Source of the DNA: Atractiella rhizophila
Lineage: Eukaryota
Direction: 5' to 3'
Length of the DNA stretch: 64,000 bases
Assembly (NCBI GenBank): GCA_021432655.1
Contig: MU271337.1
Location: 1 to 64,000, forward strand
Shown: positions 1 through 13,132 of the stretch, in pieces
Numbering within the stretch: position 1 is the first letter of the stretch
How the letters are laid out: the number at the start of each line of letters is the position of its first letter
Notes under the pieces: model-generated
The model's database searches: none
Told to the model about the DNA's origin: nothing
What the model saw: only the letters and a program-made list of their open reading frames with translations
Position numbers and translations under genes: made by a program

Positions 1-749
1 CCTGTCCCTCCGTTCCGTGTTGCCCTTGATGTACAGCCTGCAGGTTTCGGTTACAGTGTCGGTCAAAGGTCTGAAGGTCTGATAACGACAGCGAAATGTA
101 TCCAGCTTACGCAAGGTCGTCTCAGCTGCTGCAGTTGCTATCACCGATGTTGGCCCGTATTCAGAGTCAGGGAAGTCAAAGGAAGTTTTTTTTGCCGCAT
201 GGCGTGTATAATGTCAGCAATTCCTCGACTATTACGTTTTATATCTGCGGCCTGTTGCATCTCCATTCGTCAATTTGGAAAAATCTTTGATGCACCAATT
301 GGTGCTTTATTTTGATCATGAGGCAAGCCTAAACAAGCAATAGGACCGTTTAATCAGAAATGCACTACAGAGACAGCCAGGGAGCTGGGTCATCGATAAG
401 AGATATCCCATATTGATTACGGGCTGTGAAATCTTTTGAGTAAAGTGCCATCATTACAGCTGGATGAATGCCCTGGTCCAGCGTTCGATTTCACCGTTTG
501 GGGCAGGAGCTTTAGCAGGTGAGGAAATTTAAAAAGAAAGGTTTGCCAGATCCGTTGTGGACATCCAACTTGCACTCTCTCAGTTCTGTATCGTTTCATC
601 ACGACGATAGACAAACAATTGTATTGTCTAGTTCTGAGCAATTCTTCACTTGAATGGCGGAATAACCCAATTGTGCCCCACTTTGCTAGCTTGTGCTGAG
701 CTGATGGTACAATGTCCTGATTTCCTGGAGAGGATACACACCTTACACT

Positions 750-1639
750 CTATCCCTTCACCTTAGTGCCCTTCCCTTTCTCCTCCTTCCCACCTTTCTC
801 GCCTCCAAATCCCATCATCCGATCAATGAAACCGGTGGAAACTGTTATCACGCTCAGAAGTTCATGATTCAAACCGTTTTTGGGGAACGGCGTACCTGCA
901 GGACTATGCCGCGGGAGTTTCTTCTCGATCGGTAGCTCGCTCATCTGTTTCTTCAACTCATCCGTAAACACCTCCTCTCCAGGTTGCACTTTCGGCGTCG
1001 GAATCGCAGCTGTGTCTTGGAGGATCGGAGCTATCCGAAGGAGGAGTTGAGAACCTATTCCACCCTCTTTCCTTAACAATGTACACGGGAGAATATGAGA
1101 TTTGAGACGGACGGTTGGGTATTCGAGGATTTGTCGGCTTTCCTGTCGTCTCATTCTTCAGCATTATCCTCACACGTCCAGGATTCGCCCAGTCGGCAGG
1201 ATGGGTCTTATCCGCCTTCATGTTCATCCCAGCACAAGAATTTCAACACTTCACGCTTCCCAATGCAGAGTCAAGAGAATAAAGAAAGAGCCATACCTCG
1301 AGCACCACTCGAAATCCTAACCGTGAGGCAGCATTGGCGATATCCTGTGCCAATGGATAAATGACCGCTTTCTCGTTCGGTACCCTCCTTTGACCCTTCT
1401 TATGAGGACGTTTAAGGTCGAAATAGATGGGATAGACGGTTATCCATCTGCATATCACCCTTAGAATAGCTATTGACTTGAAAGACTTGGACAGATCGAA
1501 ATGGACAGACTTGCGTTTTGAAGGAGTCCTTCGAGATTTGAGATGGCCGCGAAGGAGAGGGTTGGGCAGCAATCTGAGTTGCAGCTGGGGAGGCAGCTTC
1601 GAGTGGGAAATCAAAGTCGTCTACGTCTTCGGCAAGCAT
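750..1639 (-). CDS. SEC65: Signal recognition particle 19 kDa subunit (SRP19/Sec65), spliced
   Basis: Exon translations WITVYPIYFDLKRPHKKGQRRVP, AIYPLAQDIANA and KTHPADWANPGRVR match the SRP19 family. ATG at 1639; C-terminal exon ends at 750. Confidence 0.9.
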
Positions 1640-2140
1640 CACGTCGTCGTTTGATCTTGTGTCAAAGTTTCAGTTACTTTTTCACGCATGAGCGACGCGT
1701 CCCGTCACGGTCAGCTCAAGCGACCTATCATTTTGTCTTAAATGGATTTCTGTGAGCTTTGCAGATGGCTGGGGTGGCAGGAGACCAATAAATACACTAT
1801 CATGACATTGAATAAATGATTAGTACCGAGTACACTATCACTTTGCAACGAGCACTGCTGTAGTAGTCTCTCGAAACCCAAAAATGTACTGATCTGATCA
1901 AGAACTCTTGGATGAAGCGTTTGAGCGTCCTATTGCTAGATTTGCGAAGTCACTTGTATGGTATAAGCAGAGGTCGTTTCTTGGATTCGAATTCGAATTG
2001 TTTGGTTGGCTGGTGGTTGATGTGATTGATCGTGCGATCGTTCGTGTGCGATTGCTGGTCATGACGAATGCGTGATACTCCTCCTCTCCCTCCTCCCCTT
2101 CCCTCGTGCTGTCCCTCCATCACAAGAAGATGGCAAGTCG

Positions 2141-4354
2141 TTACCGCCTCCACGCAGCCTCGATCTCCTCCTTCCACCTCTCCGCTGCCTCCATCCTCTC
2201 CTCGAACTTGACAATCGCCCCATTCCCCAACTCGAGCACCAACACCTTCTTCCCCTCCGTGCTCACAGCTTTCAAGACCGATCCTTCCTCTGTCCCAACA
2301 ACATTCGGCAACGCCTTACCCCTCGCCTTACCCCACGACTGCGACCTCGTCCTCGAGAGGATAGAGGGTCCATTCTTCGTAGAATTGGCAGGTAGGATTT
2401 GAGGGGTTGGTGTTGCCATTCGAGGGTTCAAAGGGGGACCGAGGGTGTAGGAGCAAGAGAGACGTCTAGTTTAACCTCCACTTCTTCGCCCTCCCTCACC
2501 GCGAGTAGCCGCTTGCGATTGGTGAGGATGAGAGTGCGAGGTTTAGCGGGTAGTAAGGGAAACTTTGACTTCTCCCTCACGGCCAGATGAGAACGTGATG
2601 AGTTCTCCCTCCTTGAGGAGATCGGACCATTTTCCCTTTGCCTTCGCCCCTTGTCCTTCCTCCACCGCACGATCCACCTCATCCCCTCCGTGCACATGCA
2701 CGCCTTCGACTCCATTCACAACTCCCTCCACTCCATTCGCCCCATCCACCGAAAATCCCGAATCATCTCCCTCCCCTTCCAAACTCCCAAACTCCACCTC
2801 GCTCCACCTCCTCTCCTCCCTCTTAACCGGCAACACGAAGCCCGTCTCCATCTTCTGCGGTTCTCTCGTCCACAACGTCTCCCAATCAAAACCGTCAAAG
2901 AATTCATGCTCCTTGACCTCTCTCACGTTCAACCTCTTCTTGTAATCCAGCACGAGCAATTTCTCGACCAAATCCCGTGGGACGGATGGGAACTCGGTTG
3001 GGAAGGTATAGTCGCAGGCGATGATCTTTTGAAAGGTTAGGTATTCGGAAGCGGCTTTGAAGGGTGGACGACCGGCTAAGAATTGGTAGATGATGCATCC
3101 GAGTGCCCAGCAATCGGAGCTGGCGACCTCAATATCAGCCACCAATCCGAAGAAGAAAGAAGAAGGGGTTGGATGGGACGCACGATTTATATGCCGTCTT
3201 ACTGGTCAACAGTTCCGGACTAACATATTCGGCCGTGCCCACAAAACTATTCGCTCTCTCCTCCTCCTCCTCTCCCTTCCCACCCGTACTTCCGCTCCCC
3301 CTACTCCCAGGCGTTCCTCCCGCTCCGTCCGTGAGAACCTTTGCCGTGCCAAAATCTGTTATTTTGATTCTCCACTCCGCATCCAGAAGGATGTTTTCCG
3401 GTTTGAGGTCCCGATGGATGACCCCGTGGTCGTGGATCCAGGAGAGGGCGTCGACTATTTGGGCGGCGTAGTATTGGGAGGTGGGGAGGGAGAAGGAGCC
3501 GTGGGAGCGGAGGTGGTGGAGGATCTCACCGTTCGAGGCTAGCTCGAGCACGAAATCTAATGTCCGTAGAAGTTAGCAGATGAGAAGCAGAAGGGGGGAG
3601 ACGGACAGAGAGAATCGACGTCGTGAAAGGTCCAGAAGAGACGGACGACCCCAGGATGCTTGTGTAATCGAGTGAGAGCGTTCTTTTCCACGTGAACGTA
3701 TTGGATCTTCTTCTCTCGAGTTATGTGTCTCTTGTTTAACACTTTGAGAGCGTACATCCGATGCGGAGGAGTAAGGTCCTTCACCTCGTACACCTTTCAT
3801 CATTTGGCTCTCAACACGAATCCCAAAGATAGAATGAAGGACAAAGAGCATACCTCGGAATAACTACCCTCACCAATGACTTCTCCAATCTCGAAATCCT
3901 TCTTACTCTTCTTCACCGCTCCATTCACACTACTGCTCGAATTCGTCCTCGCATAGCTCGGAGGTCTCGGCGTGCCCATGCCAGCGATGCCCAGTCCAAC
4001 ACCTTCCCTCGTGCCTCCTCCCGCCGTTTCCTCCTCAATCAATTTCTTCAGCGGCGGGATACTCGAACTCGTCACCTCCGTCGCAGCCGTGCTCGTGCTC
4101 CCCCTATCGCCTCTCCTCGCTGCCTCATGCACGACGCTGTGAAACTCTCGCTGGGTATCGTTCGACGACTGTGGAGATAGCGGGAATGTGAAGTTCTTGG
4201 ACGGTTGTAAGGCGGGAGACAGTGGTTTGGGCGAGGGCAAGGGAGAAACACCGGGGGAGGAGAGGGATGGACCTCGCATGGGGAGGGCTTCGACGGATGA
4301 GGTGGAGTGGGCAGATGAGGATGACGTAGCTGAGTCGAGGGACGAGGATCCCAT
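2141..4354 (-). CDS. PKH1: PDK1/Pkh1/Ksg1 AGC protein kinase with C-terminal PH-like domain, spliced. Two apparent frameshifts near 2584 and 2435.
   Basis: DFEIGEVIGEGSYS, YALKVLNKRHI, IHRDLKPENILL, ITDFGTAK, RANSFVGTAEYVSPELL and GRPPFKAASEYLTFQKI are diagnostic for PDK1. PH segment RTLILTNRKRL is present. Confidence 0.92.
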
Positions 4355-5279
4355 TTTGAGAGTGTTGGGATGGCTGATGGGTATGATGAAGTTGGGCAAG
4401 CAAATGTGGCAGCAGCGAGAATGCAAGAGAAGGTCGTGAAATGGGATTCAGCTGGGCGGAAGCGACAACCTTATCTCCACACAAACGACGACAATAAACT
4501 GTAAGGCCAATGGTCGAGAGGCAGGGATATGCCACTGATAGACGTGATGATGATGGATCAGACAGGTGAGCTTGACAATTTTACCATTAGAGCTCAGCGC
4601 ACGGTGCCTTTGCATTTATGTGAGCGCCCATCCTAGCCCGTCCCGTGATACACTCTAGCATGCAAGCTTGCACTTGCTGTGAGATGTTAGCTCTTCCGAA
4701 GCCCTGCCCGTGTCCTTGCAATAGTCTGCAGGGCTGGACACAATCGGCGGCGTTGCGCGGTGTTTGGATAGAACGTGCTCATAAAGAACGCTGTTGAGGA
4801 CGCCCGAAGCGATTGCGAATCTGCGATATTCAAGTGTGCAATCTTGACTTTTTGCTTGCTTGACGCGATTCGAAGAGCTCTTTTCCCTATTACTCTTCAT
4901 CGAGTTCCTCATACTATGGTTCTGTTTTGCACCCCAGCATCGGTCACATCCTAAACAGAATTTTATTCCAAGTTGTGCGTTATTGGCACACGCATTCTCA
5001 AACGGACCTAGGCGTGGGCATGACATTATTACAAAATAATGCTTGATCCAAGGCCATATTTTCAAGCAAGTACCAGGCGATGTGTGTCACGATGACGATG
5101 ACATTTAGTCGATGTTGTAACGTAGATTTCTTTTCGTGCAACTTGGGGACTTTTGAGATCCTAAAAAAGGGTTCTAATCAAAGGCAATGTGGTGAGGATT
5201 ATTCATTTCTTCCTTTCGGCGAATCGAATCGAATGAGAATGGAGGGAATGCGTCGGATCGAGGAAGAAAATCCTACAAA

Positions 5280-6440
5280 ACAACGACATTCCATTCCTTC
5301 CATCTCCAAATCTCTGCGTGGTATCAACAAGACGCCTCGACAGTGTCCTAGTGCTGCTTCCTCCTCTCAATGTAGACGGTACTTTAGCCTTAAAACTTCA
5401 TCTTGTCCGATTCTACATTCCACGGCTTTTTTCCCAAATTAATGGGAACAAGCGGCAAGTGGTTTTGTTTCTTCTTTCTCTTCCCAAATTTCCATTTCTG
5501 AGCAGGGTCTGCTACAGAGCCATTTGTCGAAGTTGGTGTCGTGGTCTATTTTCATTACAGGTGACTTTCAATGGTCTCCTTCTGTGGTGGGTCCAAGGTT
5601 GCGATGTGAACCGCCGTTCGCATTCTTGACAGCTGAAAGCTCCTGCTGCCGCCGGCATGGTCAAAGTTGGGATAACGTATTGGATCTTCGAGATACCATT
5701 CGGATGTCGTAGAGCAAATGCAAGGAATTTTCATATCCTCGGTGTTACTGTCGGAAGAGGGGGATCAGAAGAGACATCAGGGTCCATCATGTCCATGACC
5801 TACCCTTGACAAGGTGCTGTTGTCGTGCCCCCCGGCGTTGGGATTAGCAACGAGTTCAAAGGTTGGAATCCTTTCCCAAGGTCTCTCCATGAGATCGTCT
5901 TGACCGTGCCGTGCGAGCCCGAGGAATCCCGCTTTTGTCATCCTCCCTCTTCGTTCTCAGAACAAAGCTGTTTCCCTCTAAAATACTTTCAAGTTGGTCC
6001 ATTTTGCTGCCAAGCCGACGAGTCCCCTCCCGATTCTGTGAAACCAAACGAATTGAAACGAACCCCTTTGAATTCTTTGAAGCCGACGAGGAGACCTCCG
6101 AGAGGACGATGATTCCTTCAACTTTGCAGGCGAATTTCCCTCCCCGAACTGGAGAAGTTTTCACTTTGGCCACTTCTTTGGCACGGAAGGAGATAAAGGA
6201 GCGTGGTCCGAGAGAACCAAAATATCCTCACCGCCAGTGAGTGTCTCTCGGGAACCCTTGGCAATTGCTTTCTGTTGCGTATTCCAGCATATTCACTTCT
6301 CCTATTCACTTGTGCCGTGGGTCTTATCATAGCGGCTAAGATCTCTGCGACGTTTTCGTCGGCATGCTCACGTCAACTTCGGTTTTAAAGATTTTTTTAA
6401 CGCAGCTTGCACCTTCATCGATATTTTGAAAATTGTCCAT
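5280..6440 (-). pseudogene. Possible decayed intron-containing gene of unknown family
   Basis: ATG at 6440 followed by GT..AG intron-like segments and protein-like stretches broken by several stops and frame changes. No recognisable domain. Confidence 0.25.
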
Positions 6441-6627
6441 AATTGCTTTCCCGCCGATCACTCTCATTACGTTAGACGACCTTAGCGGCTGCCCCAGGAG
6501 CTTTGCTTTCTTTAAGAGAACGGAACTACTGTGTTACTCTGAGCGGCAATGTTTACCTGCTATGATTCGACAAACGCCATATCGTTAACACTTGCCAATT
6601 GCGCTGTACTGTGAAACGGCTGGACAA

Positions 6628-8068
6628 ATGACGAACCAACTCCCTTTTCGGTTGATGCCAGTTCTCAGCGACATTCTCCATCATCTTTGTTATTCAGAAA
6701 GCCTTGAAGATCTCTGGCCAGATCGTGTCGGCAACGTGGTAAATCTGACAGAGACTATGTCTGGAGATGACAGCAAACTAATGCGTTACGATCCCTTCCT
6801 GCTCATTTATCCCATGGGATACACTCCTGCCAATCTGAACAATCTCCGAAACTGCGCGGGGGTCTGCTGGGCTTGGAAGCATGAAGTCACCCCTCTTCTG
6901 TGGAGGAAACTGCCAGTCGCCTGCCAGGGGATTAAAGCTTGTGAAGTTATCAGGATGCTTGATCATCGGCCAGAAAAAAAGTGGCTTCGAGAGATCGAGT
7001 TTCGACTCAGCGAAACAATGGACATGGAACCATTTGTGCATTTTATCGATCACTTGCATAACCTAACTTCATTCACTCTCGACATGGACATTGTCTACGA
7101 CGCGTCTCCTCCGGGATATCTGAATGTTTTGCTCTCCAAGCTTTCGCAGAAATGCTCAGGCTTACAAATTTTTGGGCTGCGTTTTCTGGAGGATCCTTGC
7201 CCACCAACAGGAGAGACGAGAAGTTTTGCTCTCGATCCTGAGCTCCTATTACGAACGATATTGTCTTTCAGTCATCTTCGACGACTTGCTCTGGGTCACA
7301 TCGATTTCGAGGATAAGTGGTGCTTGCAGAGCAGGTCGACAATTATTCGGTCTCTGAGTGACGTAGATTATTTAACGTCTTTACGAGAGCTGGTGCTAGA
7401 TTGCGTTTCTCTCCCACTGGACCTGTTCCGAATCATGTTTCAGAACACTAGGGATTTGATCACGCTTGGGCTTTCCTACTATCCGCAATATCCCACGCTC
7501 GACGATCTCTTCTCGATCGAAAGCCGTTTACATGTTCTCCCGCTTCAAATCTTCCTCGTCGACAACTGCGACAATATCCTCTCTCAACAATTAACGTGGC
7601 ACCTACTTCGGATTCTGACATTGTCTCCAAAACTACAAATTTTGCAGCTAATCTCCGACACTCCAAAACGAGAGGACTATTTCAACTATGTCACCATACT
7701 CGACTCCATCACATCATTTGATATGACAAGCATTATTATCCACCCGATCATGCCTCTGACACTGGACATTTTCTTATCAGTTATTCATGATCGTCGATTT
7801 CGACAAGTCACAAGCTGGGGAGAGATTCGATTATCCGGAGGGTTGGCTCCTAGCTCAAGGGGAGTGGACGAGAGGTTGATAGAAACTTCGAAGCTATTAC
7901 TAGGCAGAAGGATTCGATTTTGGTAAGCTATCGAGGGTTCAGTTGGATATCGCAGAACATTTTGTTTGATACAGGTTCGGAGAACTCACCGAAGAACAAC
8001 AGGACTGGACGCCGTCCGAGGTGCTACAAGTGGCTGATGGAAGTGAAAAAGACACGTTTCAATCGTGA
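6628..8068 (+). CDS. F-box-like / leucine-rich (RNI-like) lineage-specific protein
   Basis: ~1.3 kb open frame: LPFRLMPVLSDIL...LRNCAGVCWAW (F-box-like), then LxxLxL repeats (LHNLTSFTL, FSHLRRLAL, LTSLRELVL, SPKLQILQL). Intron 7923-7974 (GTAAGC..TACAG) adds a final exon ending TGA at 8068. Confidence 0.7.
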
Positions 8069-8176
8069 TGACAGACTCTCCAGGATCTGGGATCCAAGTA
8101 TTGTTATTGTGCAACCGCATCATTTCCTTGTCATTTTGTCCATTACCACTGCATCGTATGTACCAGCCAAAACAAT

Positions 8177-11100
8177 CTATACAGTACTTCGTAACCCACT
8201 GACTTTTCGCCCAACCTCTGTGATCAGTGTCACTTTGCAAACCGAGCCAGCATACTGTGGGTGATATCGTGCCCCGGTAAGCGGCTCATCAACTGAAGGA
8301 GAACCCGCATAGATCGGAGTAAGGGATGCTGGACAAATGTCAAAACTGACAAACTGATCGTAATCCAGAGCGATGGTGTCTCGAGGGTTTCTTGTGGCAT
8401 GTCTCAACACTTGGTTACACTGCCAAAGTATCAATCGTCATCAATGTTCAGAAGTGAGTAGAAGCAGCTCTTACGGTGTCAACCACTTTTTGGTTTGGTT
8501 TCAGGTCGAGCAGCTTCTGGGCGAATGTCGCCGCCGTAGGGTAATTCTTCGCCTTCGAAAACTCAGACATAGCTAATCGCAATGCCAGCGTGAGATGGGG
8601 AGGTTGCAACTGGCAGTGTGTGAAGTATGCTGCGAGCTCAAGCTGCCGCTTTTGATCCTCTTGCGCGGCAGCCAGGCGACGACGCTCGATTTCGGTGGAG
8701 AGGGCAATAATATACTCTCTACAGAGAATAACGAGTTTTTGGAGCTGTGGAATGATTGTCAGTGCTTAGATGAGGCTAACAGGATGATGTCTTACCTCTT
8801 CATGTTCCTTTGGAGAGGATGTAACGACGAGTAATAATGTCCACAGAATCTTTCTGAACATTTCTCGACTCTCTGAGAAGTGAGCATTGATGAATTCGCT
8901 GTATGCAGTCTTGAGGTCTCCCGATGTGATACTCTGTAAAGTGTGAACCTGGACAGGGAGAATGCTTCGGGGATCGTTGCTCTCAGGGTTCCTCCTCAAG
9001 TGAATCGGTATCGGTGGTAACGAAGCTGAAGCAGGGAGGTACATCTTCGTTGAGCGATAGGTAGAGAGAAAGAGAGATTTGAGAGGTTCGAATTCGACCG
9101 CGCCGACTTGTCGACTGAGAAGTTGCATGGCAGTGTCAAAAGATCCAGCAGCAACGTGGTCAGCAGCAAGAGGCGAATTCCTAGCCCATAGATCGACCTC
9201 GTTGACGCCACCGGAGACGTCGACAGCTCCCTCTTCTGCTTGATCCCCTGTAACGGCATCCACAAACGCCTCCGGCTCTCCCACATCCGCTCCAAGGTCC
9301 CATGCCTCCTCCGCCTCTTCGGCAGCAAGTGCGCCATCCCCAGCAGCCAAGTCATCTTCAGCCCACTCGTCAAGCTCTGCGGCGCCAGCACCTGCGCTGT
9401 CTGTGAATCCACCGGAATACCCTGCAGGCTCCGTAACGGCTGAGGTAAGAGCTTTGTCGAAGTAGCTCTCGCCACCTCCGACTGTTGGCCAGTTGCGTTC
9501 GTACGTAGGAGCGACAGGCGTGGGACGCTTCAGTTTTGACGAAGGTAGATTGGGAAGAAATTCTTCAACCTCTTCAGCTGTAAGTCCAGCAGCTTCAAGA
9601 ACTTCTTGAGCAAGATCATCGAGGCCGTTGGTTCGAGCGGTGATATAAGCGAGGGGGTCTAAATCTCAAGCGTCAGTGATGGTTCTGTTCCATCAGGCAG
9701 ATAACACTGACACATTCCCACGTCCTTCAGGACGCTGACGCGAGCAGCGGCATTCCCGAGGTAGAGAGCATTATGGAACCTCGACATGTTGTCACCTCGC
9801 ATCTCGGCAATCTTTGCCATTTTCCCGAGCTTCTCTGAGTTGCCTGTGATGAGGTAGAGGAACGACAGCCTGTCGAAATTCTTGGTCCGTTGATAAGCAA
9901 CCTCGACAATCTGGATTGAAGTGACGTGAGTTTGGCATTGTAAAGATGTGAGAACAGGTCACACCTTGTGATTCCCCTGCTTGAGGGCTTGTTGGCCCAA
10001 CCGAGTCCACGCCTCTTCCTTATCAATCGCCTTTGCCATCTCAAGGGCGACCTCCAAGTTTCCACACTCGATCGCAAGGTCAAACCTGGTCGATTTATCC
10101 TGAACGAAATGGAGAGCGATCTCGGGATAGCCCTTCTTCTGGAGGTACGCGATAATGCTTTGTCCTACAAGATTGGAAGTACGAATAATGTGCAAGACTT
10201 CGTCGTAATTCCTCCTCACAAGCGCGAGCTTGAATCTGTACTCGGTAGGATCAATAGGTATGGTCTTCGGTTTCGCATTTCGATCGAGGCAATGGATCAG
10301 TTTGCCTTTTACTCTCGTGAGGTAGACAGGTTGCTCAAGGGTCTTGATAATTCCACTGTCTCTGTGAAAGCACGCAGGTTTGAGAAAGGAGAAAGTGAAG
10401 AAATGAGAAACCGTACCCTTCTGGAAGCGCGTATTTGATGTGGTTGAGCGTGGAGTAAACAAAGACTCCACTATCGTCCCAAGCGCCAGACTTAATTCTA
10501 ATCGTCTCATGAATCCACTTGCTAGTCGACAACGTTTTGTTCGTAATGATAATCGCTAACAGACAAGGTATAGACATCAGCTTCGAACAAATAAGAAAGC
10601 AAAAGGACGTACTGTGTTTGCTCAGGACAGCAAGCATGCTTCCCTCCGCATTCCAAATCGCATACTTGATAGGTGGCGTCTGCATCTCAGCTACGACTTT
10701 ATTCTGACCAACATCAAACAAAATGATCGCAGCTGGACTAGCCATGAGGATCATTCCGCCACCTCCCGCCGCGGAAGCTCCTCCCCAGAAAATATCCGTC
10801 ACTCCAGGAACGGGGCACTTCAGAGTCTTAGTGAGCGAATTGGCGAGGTCGCGAATCTCGATGTTCTGGCTGTTTTTGTCAAAGACGGCCAATCGATTTC
10901 GGGAGATGAAGATCGCAGCCGCGCCAGTTCCCCTCTTCCCTGCTTCTTCGGACACGGTCTGGGAGACGTTTAAGTCCTTGGGAAGCTGGAGGATCTCGTA
11001 GATGCCTCCTTCAGCAGACTTAGAATGCAAAAGTCACCGACTGTCTTGAGAGGAAAAGATAAAGTGGACGTACTGAAGTAACGATGACAGCCTTCTCAGC

Positions 11101-12692
11101 CGGATTGTAGCTCAATGTCCTCGGCTGGATATATTGATTCCCCAGCTTCTTCACCGACACAACACCAGCATCCGTCCCAGTCGTAAGGTCATGAGCGCGC
11201 ACAAACTTGTCGCGAACATAGAAGAGGGTATTCTGATGAATGGCATAGGCTGGTCTTTCCCTTTCAAGTTTGAAAACAATGAGACCAGAATCATGACCTT
11301 CCCACCCATGATACTCTCAACATCAACTCGAATATAAAGATCGAATGGGACACACCAGCTGCAAATAGGTTGAGCTTGGGGTGGCAAGTCAAGACCCAAA
11401 ACCGATCGTTCTCTCTTCTGAAGGTCTGCACGCTCACGCGCTTGGACATATCCCAGACTCTAATCGTCTTATCCTCGCTGTCGGAGATGATGAGCTCGTG
11501 CTTAGGGTGGAACAAGACCATCGAGATGTTGCTAAAGTGTCCACGACAAGTATCCACTTCCCACGCTTTCGTCTCGCTCATCCTCCACAATTTGACCTGT
11601 CTGTCGTCGGAGCAGGATACGAGAAGAGGGAGAGAGGGATGGAAGGAGACCCAGTTTACGGCTATCAGGCAACCATCAAACTTTTGCTTTGTCGGGCAAA
11701 CGCTATAGTAGACGGTACGAACCTCGATCATGTCCCTCCAACACATATTTCACGACCACATCCGTATTCCCGAACAAGTCAGCCGGTTGATTGAGTTGGT
11801 TAGCCTGTCTCTGAAACTGGTCCTCTATCCCAAACGTGGGCTGAGCTTGGGTCGTCTTCTTCCTCAAACCTTGTTGACCGCACACACACAACGAATCTGT
11901 CAGTCATGGCTGAAAGAGGGATGGCAGTAGACGAACCGGAGAAGTCCCACACTCGTACGGTTTGGTCACACCCGCACGAAACGATGAGATCCTCTTTAGG
12001 GTGGAATTGGGCACACATGATGTAGTGATTGTGTCCGGTGAGGATGGCGATACATTGTCTAATACCGCGCTCATCAATATCCGCCGCACCCCTCCCAAAT
12101 TCGCCCTCAATTCGAAGGAGAGAACAGACCTAGACTGCCAATTCCAAATCCTGATGGTCTGATCATCTGAACAACTCAAAATCCAAGGATGCTCATGGTG
12201 AAAATAGACCGTTCGAACGTAATCCAAATGTCCATGTAAAGTGAACAGACACCGTCGTTGTTTGTAATTCCACACTTTGATCTTGTAATCATCACCTCCA
12301 GAGACGAAGATGGGTTGAGTGGGATGGAAGGCAATTCCTCTCACTGGTCCTATCCGTAGGAGAGCAGATTGTTAAAAACCGGGTTTGGTGGGAGGGAGGC
12401 AACGAACCATCGTGTTCGTCGAACCTCTCTACCAGTGTGCCCATCTGGAAGTTCCAGAGTTGAATTGATCCATTATGAAGGGAAGAGAGGAGAAGAGTGA
12501 GTCGCGGGTGGAACGCAACTGTTCATTCGTTGCTCAGTATCTGCATGTTTTCGAGCGCAGATAAGGAAAACGAACTGTTCTTTACCTGGTTTGCGCAACG
12601 CAACACTTGATTAATCACAGCACGGTGTGGAGGAAAAGAGATGGAGTACGAACCCGGTTCGACTTGGATTCGAACTTTGTTAGCATCTGCAT
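8177..12692 (-). CDS. COP1: Coatomer subunit alpha (alpha-COP), multi-exon
   Basis: [107 protein letters not shown], and a C-terminal C-x-VC motif. Confidence 0.97.
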
Positions 12693-13132
12693 GGTGAAGG
12701 ATATTCGTGATGATTATCAGGGCGATTTCTAAAGTAGATTAGATCAGTTTACTCAAATATCCCAAGTTGACACCTGCAGACAGAGACGACACGTAGCAAA
12801 CGTGGTATCGAGCTCAATTTTCTCTTATAAGTTTTCAACTCAGCCGTATACGCTGAGGCTTGCATGGACCAGCCATAAAGACAAATAAAACAGCAATAAT
12901 TCAGTGTTTGCTTTCTTTATGAACTTTTATCTCGAGAGACCATTTTCGACGGGCAAAGCACGCTCATGCCCACTACTTCTCCAGGGTACAAACACTCACC
13001 TTTATCACTCCTTGAAACACTCCCAGTACTCCTCTAAAACACCGAATATCACTTCCAGCTCGTTTCTTTCGTGGCAGTCTGTTGATGGTGTTGCGTGAAG
13101 ATGGCTGAAGACAGTTGACGAAGAACGACGAA

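Noticed and set aside
380..720. Leu-rich plus-strand frame with internal stops
   Set aside because: Could be another F-box/LRR relic, but too short and degenerate to support.
2428..2440. Programmed frameshift at CCC CTT TGA (RF2-like CUU UGA)
   Set aside because: The required shift is -1, not +1, and there is no in-frame X XXY YYZ heptamer; a homopolymer error is simpler.
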